This document shows, piece by piece, positions 10,029 to 24,091 of a stretch of DNA of 64,000 nucleotides (within the stretch, counting starts at the first letter, position 1; each line of letters starts with the position of its first letter). The notes under the pieces are model-generated. The model was given only the letters and a program-made list of their open reading frames with translations. It had not been told where the DNA came from and did not search any database. Origin of the DNA: Barthelona sp. PCE (Eukaryota); NCBI GenBank assembly GCA_040285745.1, contig JAUFOR010000003.1:1240001-1304000 (forward strand), written 5' to 3'. The translations under genes and the position numbers were made by a program.

Positions 10029-13000
10029 TTAAATGTGTGGTCTGCTCACGAAAAGAAGAATAGAAGTGCACAAAAGAACTGTGGTGAGCAGGATGTAATG
10101 CTGTCCGACCGCTAACGCAATGAAATACACTGAAAAATTAAATACAAATGTAAAAACAAGGGTTTTTGGCTTTTTGATATAAGTGGCACACAAAAAGAGA
10201 ACGGGGAGCAGCAAGAAAAGGTAAGAGGGTGCCTGTGCAGACATACTGAGCTCAGCAGAGGCGAGGGATGGAGTGGTTGCGCAGAAGAAAACATTCAACT
10301 GAACAAGAAAAGCATAGCACAACTGTTGAACAAAAGATTGCGATTTTCCGCGCTTTTGAGCGAACCAAAGGATCAGAGCAGCGAGGTGCAGCGTGACACA
10401 CACCCATAACAGGGGACCGGAAACGCGGAGAGTCAGGAGATTAAGAACGTCAAAGCGAGCACCGAGGAAAGGGAGTACATAGCACACAAGCATGATGAGG
10501 CCCGCGCCCTCAGCACGCTTCAAAGCTGCGGCAATCGTGGAAATTGCAGCAATTGAGATCAACGAAATGAAGAAATTGGAATAATTGGTTTTTGCACACA
10601 TAAACGCATAGCCAACGTGGCCGTCGTCGCACACAGAGCAAAGATACCCGGTGGAGTTGCGGCACCTATCTCCATTGCAGTTGACAGTGGGACAAATAAC
10701 AGCTTTCATAAACGAACCCTCAAGGTAGTGGTCTGGACTTGCGTACTGTATCACACCGCTGGAACACCGCACTGTTTCATCGCACGGAACGCATAAACCT
10801 TCTTCGATACGTGTTCCTTCAGAGCAGAAGCAGGCGTTAATATCAGAACTGCCTTCCACTGAAGTTTTGGAGAGCGGACATTCAGCACACGGTTCATTTC
10901 CGATCTCATTCTTATACGTTCCTGGGCCACACACGACGCATTCGTCTGATATCAGCGAAAGTGTGTGCCCAACATTGCACTTGCAACTTCCCTCAGTATA
11001 CGATGATTTTTTGAGAGCATGTTACGTTACCGATAGTGAAAACGTTAGATATGAGACTCGTGTTCGACACGAATCGCACCTCTATGAAGTCATTTGGCTC
11101 CACCAAAAGAGGCGGGAACGTGTAGGCACCGTTTTCGCTGTATGTGAATGTTGTGTTGTAAAGTGAGATGCCACCAACAAGAGCAGTGAGTTCAATGGTA
11201 TCGCGAACAGCCGCACCACTGTAGTCTGTGAAATTAAGTTCTAGAATTAGATCAAACCCAACAGCAGCCTGAACGACTCTTGTATTGAATGAGTAAACGG
11301 TTGGTTCGAAGCTGATGGTATGCGTGGCATTATATGGGCCCAGCGCTACCGTGACACCGACATCCTGCGTGGGGTCAGCGACAGTTAAGGTTTTAGTGGT
11401 GTCGTTATAAACACACCCACTATGTGCATTACATGACACTTGTGCAGGTCCTGTTATTCCGCCATACGCATCAGCACAGTCGATATCAACTATTGTTGTT
11501 GCGTTTGGAAGGAAAAATTCGTCTTTTGAGGTTTAAAACTGCAGGAAACAGTTTGACCAACGAGAACTTCGAGATATCCAGTTTCGGACACGCCATCAGC
11601 AGAAAAGATAAGCTGATGTGTCCCGTGCGCTTTGGGTATCGGTATCCACACTAGATCAGAGACCACGTTGCGACGGATACCATCAACAAATACAAACGGA
11701 ACTGTGATGACATGGCGACGGATGTTGAGGAACACGCACCTCAAAAGAGCTGATTCCCTGTCGATAGATACTCCACCGGAAATAAGCGGTACGATCTCTG
11801 TCGGCTGACTGTAAAGATGACCGTGAAGCTCAAGCTCAACTAATGAGTTGCACTCGTTGTTGAACTCAACGGTGACCGATTCGGCAGCGTAACGATGATT
11901 CAGAAAGACAACACAAACTGTTTGGTAGCGCAATCCTGACACATAATCCTCGCACACAACTTCATCTCCGCTGTAAACAAACGTATACTCGTCGTCAAAA
12001 GTGAGGGACACAGACGGTGTGCACACGTCGTTCATGAAAAAGAGAGTGTTTTCAACATACACAGGCTCAGCAACACTAACAGTGTGTGGTGTGGTCGCAT
12101 ACAGCCCGTCGCAGCGCTTTCTGCTGTTTATACGCGGATCGTCTGCTGTGAATGGCAGGTACCTAATGTAAGGCATTGAGAGGATATCGCTGAACACCTC
12201 AACACTTGTTGGCAGAGAGCTGTTGTAGCATAGCTCGGACTGGGGCATTGTTATCGTGAGGAGCACGGGATGTGTGTAATACTGACCGGCTGTTGTCGAT
12301 AGCTGAATCATATACACCCCAGCGGTGACAAAGTTGCACTGTGCTTCCATTTCAAAGGTGACGCGGCACTCGACTGTTGCGTCGCTTGTGATGACACTAA
12401 GTCCATCGAATACATCTAGGTCTGTTCCCTCGAGGGTGAAGCCCTTTTGTGTAAGGAACATTCTCTGTGGCGATACAGACAATAATATAGGTTTCACAAC
12501 GACAAACACCTCAATTTCGATGCTAGAGGCGAAAGAAGATACAGTGAGTGTTGTGTTTTGCTTCAAGCGAGAGGTGATCTGTACCGACTGAGAGTCCAGC
12601 TTTGCTACTGTAGCATTCGGCATTGAGAAGCTTAGAATGTCCATTGGTAGTGGCTCAGCGAACCGCACAACTGAAGTGTGAACCGCATCATATGGCACTC
12701 TTTGAACAGAAATGGGTTTCGCATCAACTCGGGTGAATTCCAGTGTTTTACCAATAGGTTCTGCAGATACTGTGCTTCCAGAGCCACTAACGACAATGCA
12801 GCTGTTGTTTTGTGATGTAAAAGGACAGACATCACCAAGATCGTTGGTAAAAACGAGGGCATCAAACGGTAGGTTTTCGCCACAGAGTAAAACTTTAAAA
12901 GTATTGTCTAGAACTATGTACTCCTGTTGATAATCAAGAGAAAATCCAGAAACAGTGCCTGCAGCCTGTGTTATATCATCGCAGACTAAATCAGCAAGTA

Positions 13001-16000
13001 TATCTTCTGAATCAATGGCCACATCGCAGGAAATTATAGTTCCCAATTCAGAAACAGCGCAGAGCGTGGTTGTGTTGCCCATGCGAAGGAGGGTGACGGA
13101 ACACGAGTCCCAGTTTCTACCTTCCCATTCCACCGTTGTGAGCAATCCGCGGTTGGCAAAATGAGTCTTGCTTAAAACGAATAGCTGTACGAATGACACG
13201 GGGAGCGTTACACGTTGGCCCACGGTGTACTCGATGCTGAGCACGGATGACTCCGTGACTGCGACTTTATCTGTCGAGACAATAAACCCGCCATCAACAT
13301 ACGCTGAAAACGGCACATTGTCCAGTAGAACAACTGCTGTGTCAAGATGTGCATTTTCGAGTTGGATGGGAGGCAACGTTGTCTCGTCCGCATACATGAC
13401 CTTCTGAGGTGAGACGCCAAACACAAGTACCTCTTTGTTGAGACTGAGCCAGTCCCCGTCTTGCTTCATGATTGCAGCGTTGAACATACCAGTTGGGAGT
13501 GAAACATCGCACTCGAAGACACTGATCTCGTGAAGATCACGACAGGGCACCTGAATCGAAGAATGTAAACTTGTTAACTTCAGTTTTGGCTGCAGGGCTA
13601 GTGAAAGTTTTTCAAAATCAATGGTAAGAGTCGAAGTCTCCTTTAACTCTGTACTGGGAATCTCTGTTGGGTGAATAGTTGGGAGGAAGGCGTATGAAAC
13701 CGAAATGGGGTTGCTTGTTTGACCATCGACGTTCACTGTCAGAGAGAATGTTTCGGATAACAGCGTAGCACTTGATCTGCACATGGCCAGGGGTGGCGGA
13801 GGAAGGTTAAGTGTCGCGCTGGTGTGCGATATCACAGTTACAGGAACAGTTGCTTTCCAGCCGGAAGCTGCATAAATATGAGCTGAGGCAAGCTCGCCTG
13901 ATGGGCCGAAATTATTACCAGTAAGGCGAACCGCTGTGGATGAGAAGCAAACACCAGACACACGGGAGTGTATGAATGGAGGTTGATAACCGATAGTATA
14001 ATCACTCGTGTATACTGAGCCAACCTCAACAGAGTAGTCGATGGTTGCACCAGTTCCCTCCATCACACTCACCATCAGCTCATTGGGGCTCACCACTTTG
14101 TTTAGCTGCATCTTATCTGAAGCTAATGTAGTTGCGCCTGGGAACGCCAGCGATCCAAGAAAGTCACCATAAACAAACACGACATCACCTGCTGTTGCAA
14201 CCAACGGTGGGTTAAACGCCGTGATGACAGGTGCAGGTGGTGATACTGTGATAACGGTCCCATATACTGTGATTGCCGCATGACCGATGCATTCAGAAAT
14301 CGTAACTTTGAGATTGTGTCTTGATAAGATCAACTCAAAAGCAACAGTGGACGAGTTGGTCGCTGATGCCACCTCGCAGCCGCCGTTGTATTCTGCGCTG
14401 ATGGGGATAAGCTCAGTCTGAGGCAATTGTGTCAGTTCGATCGATGTGATACCGAGAGAAGGCGGTGGAAGCACAACACTACGCTCGTAGCAGTATGCGT
14501 CATAGCAGATCTCCAGCGATATCTCATCGTGGGCACAGCTGTCAACTGGAAGGGTGGTTGTGATGTCTGTATCTTGCCACGATGAAACAACTACCTCTAC
14601 GCCATTGATGCGGAGAACAAACGAGGCACTATCAAATGTCACAGGTGACAGCAGATCGGTTCCTCTTATCACCAGAGCTATTCCTGTGACTTCTGCTCCA
14701 GTGATGGTAGGCGGTGTTCGTGATACAAACTCGAAGACTCCCTGGCTCTCACCTTTGTTCTTGAACTCAATAGTGTGGTTATAACCGTAGAAAGAAGAAA
14801 AGCGTAGACCGGCTGTCGTTTCAGTCAAGGAAAACAAAGATACAGAAACTCCGTCAACCGTGGCTGTGTACAAGTCGCAGCCGAAAGTACTCCTTTTGAA
14901 GAAGTCTGCCACAAGATCAAACGAGTCCCCACCCCTGACTACAACTGGGGCAGTGGAAAACGAAAGGGGTTTGGAAGAAAATGAGCTGACGATATCTTCT
15001 GCACCATTTTCTTTGCTTACTGTGAGGAGCGTGGATTTTAATGTGAAGTCTCTCGTATCAACATCGCACAGGACGCTGATCTGGTTCGTATCGACCTGAC
15101 AGCCGAGAGTTTTCCTGCTACAAACCGACTCAAGCACAAAGTCATAGAATTCCAACATATTTGTCACTTCACTATCATATGTACAGTTGATGCGCGTATC
15201 TGTTCCGCGATCCAGCACAGTAGGGGTGCAGTGCACGGAATTCATTAATTCTGGCTGGAAGTGCTGGTAGCTATACTGATTCATAGCAGACCAGTACATG
15301 CCGAATGTGTGCTCATAGACGAGACCAAACGTTGTGGGTACTGGGCTATTCGTGAGTTGCGCTCGCCTGTGTTGTAATGGGTTGAAAGTGATTAGATCTA
15401 CGTTTGAAAGCGCAAAATCTGTAATATCTGCTGTTTTTTCAACAAACAGCAGTCCACCACTACCCGTCATCGATCTTATATCAGAGGACAGATCCGTGTA
15501 TGTGGGATGCTCTCCAAGCGAACAACCAGCAATGTTGTGTGTGAATCCTCCATCGACGGTACACTTATCACTTCCGTCGTACTCAATATCAACGAACTCT
15601 CCTCCAAACGTACTGATACTGACATCTCCACCCCTGACTCTTATAGATGAGTTTGTGTGTATGTTTCCCTTTAGAGAAAACGTGTTCGCTTCATGATCTG
15701 ACACGATAATGATGTCTCCGCTGAGGTTCTGAGCTGTTGAGTTAGAAACAACAAATGTGCCTTCAGCTTGAGACTGCCATCCATCGCTCAGAGAGACGTT
15801 GTAGTTGGAACCGTAAAGACCCGCATTTGTGACGGCCCCTGTGACAGCACCACTTTCTGCGGTGTTCACAGTTCCGTATGGGAACAATCCACGAACTTCA
15901 CCTTGCAAGGAGACAGTATCACCAGAGAATACTCCTTCGAAGTCACCGCTTAGTGTGCAACTGTCAAAGCTGCCAATAACCGGGTTCTCAGCGGCGTTCA

Positions 16001-19000
16001 CCAGCCTAGCATTCTCAATATACGAGGGCTTGGGTGCAGCATGCTTGAATATTAGGTTGTCAAAGCAGAAAGCATCCGATCTACGAGTGAAAATTGTGTT
16101 ATCAAAGTAAATTGGTGTGTACGTGATACTAATAGGAGTGGTACCAAATATCACCGATCTCACATTGTCAAAATCAATACTAGTTATTGAATCAGTTAAA
16201 GCTAGACCAAGATCAATGTTACCATTCACAATAAGACTTTCTCCATCAAATTGCATCACAACTGAATCAGAAATAGTATTATCAAACATCATTGTTAATG
16301 ATCTGATTTTAAACAATACATCAACAAATGCTGCATTGACAATTGTCAAACTTACCTGATCTAAACTTGATAAATCTAACAGAGCTCGACGACCAAAGAA
16401 TCTAAAATCATTTGAATCAACATCATTAGCTTTGATTATCGAGTTTTCCATTGCTATTATAGTGCTTGGTAACGTATCAAAAGTGATATGAGCCCCTGCC
16501 TTTGCTATAATGTGAAATGTTGGATCTGTTTCGAATGCAAATGTTGCTAACTCAGTAAATAATACAACATCTGCTATTTTTGCACAATCTACTGTTGTAA
16601 AACGAAGATTTAAAGTAATAGGGGTTCGAAGACCTATAATCGGAAGACCTGTGTTTGCAAGTTTTACGTCAAGCTGATGAACCCAAAGTATTGCTGCTGT
16701 ATGTCCTATTCTCGGTGAGAACTCACCGTGGATAGTGTTAATATAACTATCAGCCTTAAATTTAAAACTTTTTGTCGATGTCTGACAACGACAAGTCTCA
16801 TACGTAATGGAGTACAGATCATACACTGATCCTTTATCATACACCGTCATCACATCCCATAAATCATGTTTAAAGAAGATATGAAGGGCATTCTCTGATA
16901 AAATTACCCAAACTAATGTGTCTTTCGCTAATGTATTAGCAGCTTCCCATGTGTGACTGTGTTTGATAGGGGAAAGATTACATATTGCAGAACTGCTCAT
17001 TAATCTATATTTATACACGGTGAAATCGTGCATGAATGAATGATCAAACAAGTCCGGTGTTAATGAACAGCTGTTTTCAGAAAACATGAAGTATGCGTCT
17101 TCAAAAACTTTCATTTCTCCTCTATGGTCTGCCCATATGTCATAAGTATACTGCATTTTAATTGTTGATTTCGGTTCTAAAAAGAAATTCCATCTAAAGT
17201 CTGTCAATGATTTCATAAACGGTGATACTGATAAATAGCTCATAATAAAGATACTTGCATCAATTCCTTGAGATGTAACTTTCATAAAACAATCATCTGG
17301 GCACAATACAATACAGTCTTTCATACTGTCCTTTAAAGATTTTGCAGAAACAAGAGAATTTGTATAGTCTGCTATACTATTATCCAAATTTTCAATTATA
17401 TAAGCATTGGGCGCTTTTGTAGTTGATTGTGCATTAGGATAAAACATATAACTGTCCAAATTAAACTTTAAACCTGATACAGATTCAACCATAACTAAAG
17501 TTCTTAAATGATATACTCTACTCGTTTCATAGCTGAACTCCGGTTGTAAATTGTTATTGTCCATATCAAATACTGCAACATCAACTGTTAACCCGTTAGT
17601 AGATACCAAATTAAACTTTGAAAAAACAGCTGTTGGTATCCGCATAATTAAAATTGCACTACTAGCACGTAAATTTAAAGTAGAGTCAACATTGACCCCA
17701 AAAGACATCTTAAATCCTGCAAAAAGTGCTATATGACTTGAATAACTGAAAAAATAAATACTCAAATCATTCGGCTCAAATGTACCAGAAAAAACACCAA
17801 TAACTGTGATTATACCTAACTTTAAGTGCCCTGCACTAACAACATGAACATGTCTAGTTGCTGATAATGTGCATACTGTTCCAGAAAGAAAAAAATACGT
17901 TGTAGAAGTATATTCATCAAGTACTGCATTACTATCATCAACAATAACACCATACTTAATACTTTTATCCTCACGGAACATATTCATAGCAGCCCCTGAT
18001 CCATCTAATATTTTATCGGGTTCAGTATCATGTAAATAAGTATTAATGAGTGGATTCACTAAAAGAACTGAATTTGAACATGAAATAATTATTTTTGTTG
18101 TTTTCAGTACCTCGGAAGGACGAATAACTATTACTGAATAGTAATACAATGATTTAATGACTGAGATGGAAAAGTCTTGATTGTTACTATACTCAATAAC
18201 ACCATTAATTTCCAGCAAAGCAAATCCTGTGATCAAGATACCATCTTCCTGACATTTATCAAAGATAATTGTACTTTCAGTGCTAAATACGCATGTAATG
18301 TATGTTTCAGCATTACCGACCAAAACCCGTGAGTTATCGATTCTTAAGGCGTCATCGATGTCAGAAACCGACCGGAGTCCCACCGTGGAATCGACAAAAG
18401 CTGTTGAACCAGTGAAGTGAGTGATGTCAGTGAACTCAACTGTTGAGTTTGTTATTGTCAAATCCGTCGTCTGGGTCGGCACCTCAATTTCCAGAGAGCT
18501 GTCCGTAACGGTTCTGAGCGTTCGCATGGGGGCTAGCGATATCAGTTTGCCGCTGCTGCTTTCAATATTGACTACATTGAGATTCAAAGTACGTAACTCT
18601 ACTGTGATATTGTGAATTTGAAGAGTGTCCACTGAAAGCGCGTGGACAAACATTGTCATGCAATCTGTCTCGACTGAGAGCGTACCAATGGACAACATTG
18701 TTAGGTGCGGTGTGAAAGAGACTAAATCGAATTGCCCTGCAATGCTGAGCTTTGTAAAGTGCGTTTCTAGATCGGGAAGAATCAAGTAGCCATCCTCTTC
18801 AACCCTGATGCTGCCAGCTCGTCCATATACACGGGCATGCTTGACGATAATGTCGACATTGGGCGCATCGCGAAGGACTACACGCAAACAATTAAAGTTT
18901 GCGGTAATTCTGATGTCTCCCATGATGCGAACGCGTGTAAAGAGTTCGCATATGTGCTCGAAGTCACCCGATGTGAACGCTTTTGACTCAAACGAAAGGG

Positions 19001-22000
19001 TTGAGTTTGCTGCAAGCTCCTTTTGGGTTATTATCGAATCATCGATGGTGAATTCCCTATTGACGACGATTGCGCCACTTGTCCAGCCGCCGTTGATGCT
19101 CAGGGAATCAGTCTTGATAAAGGCGCCCGTCTCAACAATGGCATCACCCATATGGATGAAGGAGTCAGTCTCAATAGAGGCGCGTACAATACGGGTACTG
19201 GTGTCGCTGTTAAGAACCAAAGATGAAGTAACAAGTGTGCCATTCACCATACCGCAACCCTTCTCGGGAGATTCATCTGTGTATACACTCAATACAACTC
19301 CACTCTCAACCCGAAGTGTATGGGCGTTCATGTATATCTTACAGTCGTTGCATGTGATTGAGCCTGTGATTGTTACATCAGCGTCTAAGAAGGCAAATGA
19401 GTTGTCTAGGACAAGATCACCATCAACCCGGTACGCAAGACGAACAGAACTTGTGTTCCGAATAATAAGTGAGTTAACAATAACATCGTATGCAAACACA
19501 TGAGTGTTAGTCTCAGTTATAGTCTCTTTGAGCTCAAAGTTCCGATAAAAAACGTGCGTGAACGTGTCACCTGTGTGGATAGTTGGAGTACTTGTGTATA
19601 CTGGCGCATCCTCAAACGATACACGGTCTTTGGTCATCTTATCGTCCGAGAACTCCTCGCCAACCGTGATAGCATTCACATGCGGTGGAATAGCGACGGG
19701 GTTTTCTTCCATCACATCATTCATTGAGAAGGACACATCGAGGTCTGACATGGCTTTGAACTTGAAGGGCAACTGGTATCGGTTGCCATAAACAACATCA
19801 CACGTTCCACACGACCACAATGCCGAAGGGCTGTTTACCAAATATAAAACGTTACCATTGATAGAGTTCCAACGCGAAGCTGGAAGCATTACGACGTTTG
19901 TTGCTGTGATAACACCCGTTGCTCTTGACCCAGGCATGAGGAAAAGCGATTTGACTGTTGTTGAGTTCAGATGAATACTTTTATATGCGAATATCTTACT
20001 TCCAAAATTACCATTCAGCATAGTTTCTCCGGTGGCATTCACAATGCAATCCACCGTCGTCGAATACATCTTAGAGTCCATCACGTGAATGGATACACCA
20101 GTTGGTTCTGGTGAAGCAAGTACGAAACCATCAAAAATAGATTCCTCAGGGAAGACGACAGAACAGTGATCAATTGCACAATCGATCGCTACCTCACCGG
20201 TGTGTACGTTCCTGGTGATATATGTGGTCGGGTGACTGAGAACAATACCTCCCGTCAGCAGATTAATCGATTTAACGTGCCCAATTGCTCCTTCAACCGC
20301 TTCCTGAATGGTAACATCTGCCAATTCGCCCTCGAATGAGGCATGCCGCAGAGAAAGGGTGGCAGTGATGCTGATGTCACCGGTTGCAATAACGCTTACT
20401 GAGCCGTATTCACAGATAACAGTGATGTCACTTGATGCGCTGACAAAGAAGTATGACGGAACAAGACACGATAGCACAGGATCCATTGCCAGAAGGGATG
20501 TGGTGAGTGTGGCGTTACCGCTCAGAATCAGCTCATCAGGCGATCCAACAAATTTGAGTACTTTGTGCACAGTTAATGCCAGATGGAGGGTGCCACCGCT
20601 GACGTGGATCTCCACAGGTTGGTTTGTCTTACCGTCTAACCGCAGTGTTACGTTGTGGCCGACATGTACCTCCAGCTTATGTGACGCGTCATGATAAACT
20701 GTACCATTAAAATAGTTAGGAATATCAATACTGGTTTCTGCTGGCAATAACTCATATAGACCGTTTTCAAACCACTCGTCCAAAATTTCTCCTGCTTCCT
20801 GCACAAGAACAGCTCTGTTTGTAAAAACACGCTGAATGTTTGAATTTTGAGAAGATAATACACGGATGCCATCAGAAAATATTATATAGGAAGTTGTCAG
20901 ACTGGAAAAAGGAGTAAATATAATTTGTGATTCATCTTTAGGTATAATACGAGGTACTCCCTCTCTTGTACAACCATTATATGAAACAACATCAAAAGAA
21001 CTATCAAACACTGTTGCAATTGCCATAAAACAAACATCTAATGCAACTGCTGAAGTTTTTTTAAGTAAAATTTCACTATCACCCATTATTTTAAACTTAT
21101 CCCATTGAATATTGGTATACAAATGCCCAAAATATTTGAATGAAATTGGTAATGTAAACTCAATTAAATCTGATTGATCAACAATTTGAAGATACAAAGG
21201 ATTAGTCATCCAATTAAAAAGCATTGATCCAAGATCTGAATTGAGATATTGAATAAATCTCATATGACAACTTGAACCAAATTTAATAACAATATTAAGG
21301 ATATTTAAATGGCCACAATTACTTTTATCAAAGGCACAAAGCCCATTGATATAGTAAAATGTTGACATAGCGTGTGATTTAACACCATCCATCTGTGTAT
21401 TAGTTAGATATATACTTGAATATGGATGAGGAGTTAAAACACCACCCTTAAATGAGCTTCCTTCGCCCGAAAAAATCAACTTACCATGCGGTAATATATG
21501 AACTACACCTCGATTCATATAATATAGTATTTCTAAAGTTCCACTCACCCAAAATCTACATACAGTTGCAGCAGAAATCCTAACAACACTGTCCCTATCA
21601 ATAAATATTCTTGCAATTCTACCAGCATTTTCAAAATCGTTAACAGAAGAGCTAGATCCTATGAAATTTAAAAGGTATGGATTTAAAAACTGAAATTTCA
21701 CATGATGAATGTCAGAAATCACCTTTAAATGAATATATCCACATATTTTAATTATATTCTCATTTGAATGTGAAAAACCTACTAATGTACTGGAACGCAT
21801 GCCCCCATCAAAAATAATTGTGCTTTCTGCGCTATCAATATCTGATGATGAATAAACAAAAATTTTGTAAGTAAGTCCTGATTTAATATTGTAATTACTA
21901 ACGTATGAAGAGTACACCCCCAGTTCAACAATAAGGTTTTCATCATTAACACTTATTTCTGGATAACCACCGGATACATCAGATAAAGTACGAAAATGAA

Positions 22001-24005
22001 TCAAATCAAGGGATGTAACATCAATAGAAATTTTTGGTGCTTCACTCTTATATAATAAATTTATATTAGCTTCTTGAATTCCATTCAATGAATATAAATT
22101 AAATACTGTTAAAGTACTAAAGAAATTGATTGAAGCACATGTTACATATATATTACCAGAAAAAGTTCCTTGAAGCAAAAACTGTGGATATGTGTAATCC
22201 ACATTATCAAATGATTCGGTATTTGATGAATCATTACTCAAGAACAAATTCCCTGATCCATACACATAATATGCCTCATTTTGTGAATGAAGATATACAG
22301 TAGCATCATATGAAACTATTATATTCAGATTGGGTGTAAATTGATCACATATACTAAATGGAAATGCAAATATCGAACCTTCTAAGTTCTCAAAACATGA
22401 TCCTATAACGTTTTCATATCGAAAAACATCTCTAATGGAACTCAATTCAGAAAAATTAGAAGAACTAACATCAGCTCCCAATAATAATACTGGGTTATCA
22501 CTAATAATCTCAACTAAAATGGGTTCATCCTTTATACTTAATTGCTTAATATAAATTATACTTTCTGCCCTAAAACGTAGCTTAACTTCTGCATCTAACT
22601 GCATTTCATTAATTTGATAATAACCAGGATATTTAAAATCAATCTCTAATTTATCTTTAATTGTTTTTAATTTATCCAACTGAATGTGTGAATATAAATC
22701 TAAAAACGCATTGGGACCATTAATAATTATTCCAATATTCACAGAACCTTCTCTTATTTTCAATTCCGTTTCAAAATATAATTCCGATATTATTACTCTT
22801 TGAGCATGCAAAGTTAATATATCCACATATAAATTCACTTCATCACCCTCAATTAAAATTGCCTCAATATTTAAATTGCATTTATCAACCTGAGTGACGT
22901 TGCCCAACTTTAACCTATTTGCAATTATTTCTTGTGTACTGCTCAATTGAAGCACAAGATTATTAATGATCAAACTATAAACATTATATTCAATTGATGA
23001 TTTAGAATGTATTAGCTGATCAACAATAAGTTCATCTATAGAGAATCCAAAACTATCGGTTATCAAGTTCTTAACATGAACTGATGCCGTATTGTGAAGA
23101 ATATAAAAGTATCCTGATAAAATTTGTTGAACATATACACTGCCCTCTATATAAATATGCATATTAAGTGCTGTAATCACACCGATACTCACACCATCAT
23201 GTGCAATGAGTATACCATAATGGCTTAATACAAGATTTTGGATTGTAACGTTTTCGTGAAGGGTAAGATTCCCACCCTTCCACACAATATTACAATCCAT
23301 ATCATGAAAGACATGGAAGCTTTTCACTACTTGGCTGATAGTTTCAGCCAAATTACAAAAACTATCATCCTTTTTTAATTGAGTTAAAGTAAAATTCAAT
23401 TCTGTATTACCTAAAGGATAGATTGATGCTTTATAAGATATAAACTCCAATCTTTCTAACATAATATGACCATTTGATACTGATGATATTGATCCATTAA
23501 TGGCTTTTATAAAACCAAAAGACCCAATGGAAATATTTGAATTAATATTTAAATTATCGGTATAAAATTCCCCCATTCCACGATGGTGAACGTTGACCAT
23601 TGTTAACTTTGATGATGTGATAACTGATGCATCAACTGATTCAGTATCTCTGAAAATGAGTTCTTCTGTTACATACAATGAATGATTGTTAAAAAATATT
23701 CTAACTGTATCAAAAGTCACGTTACCTATGACAGTGACATCCGATTCAAGATGAATACTACAATCTGTTGCTGTAAAACCTTCTGTGATGGTAAAAATAC
23801 CGCTAATGCGAAAAGATGTGGTGAACGTTATTGATTTAGCCGTTATGTTGGAAATGGTCAACAATAGATTGTCATCATAAACGAGATCTGACTCTAAATC
23901 ATGGATACCATTAATTCGTGTATGAGTTGCTCCATTTACGGTTATAGCAAGCGTTATGACTATTATAAAAGCCCATAAAGCCCGATTCAAATGTGTAAAA
24001 CTCAT
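10029..24005 (-). CDS. Giant (~4,660 aa) surface/receptor-like protein: signal peptide, two long beta-rich modules, IPT/TIG-like repeats, Cys-rich GCC2/GCC3-like region and multi-pass TM C-terminus. Reading frame is broken twice in this sequence.
   Basis: ORFs 11490-24044, 10993-11439 and 10029-10934 join seamlessly if the A-runs at 11524-11527 and 11007-11012 are each read as A5. Signal peptide MSFTHLNRALWAFIIVITLAITVNGA. IPT-like motifs PPAPVITAFNPP...VFVYGDFLG, VRLTGNNFGP and PILLSVSP...TLEGTDL. CGPGTYKNEIGNEPCAECP. About 6-7 hydrophobic helices at the end. Confidence 0.75.
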
Positions 24006-24091
24006 TTGTGCATTGAAAAGGCAGGAAAAAGAAAAATTGATCATTTTTCTTGATTGTGGCCATGATACAGTGCAAAGAGCAACTTAAATGT

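Noticed and set aside
10993..11530. Introns as the explanation for the two frame breaks in the giant gene
   Set aside because: No GTAT...CTAAY-NTTTAG pair spans either junction, and single-base indels restore coherent protein.
11531..11538. TTTTAAAC (coronavirus-like slippery heptamer) just upstream of the first frameshift on the - strand
   Set aside because: Codon phase is TTT AAA C rather than T TTA AAC, and a -1 slip there lands on TAA.
18808..19503. 231-aa plus-strand ORF and the many other short antisense or alternate-frame ORFs (e.g. 52207-52830, 41510-42052, 1606-2079)
   Set aside because: They lie inside well-supported genes, have no motifs, and are expected shadows of codon bias.
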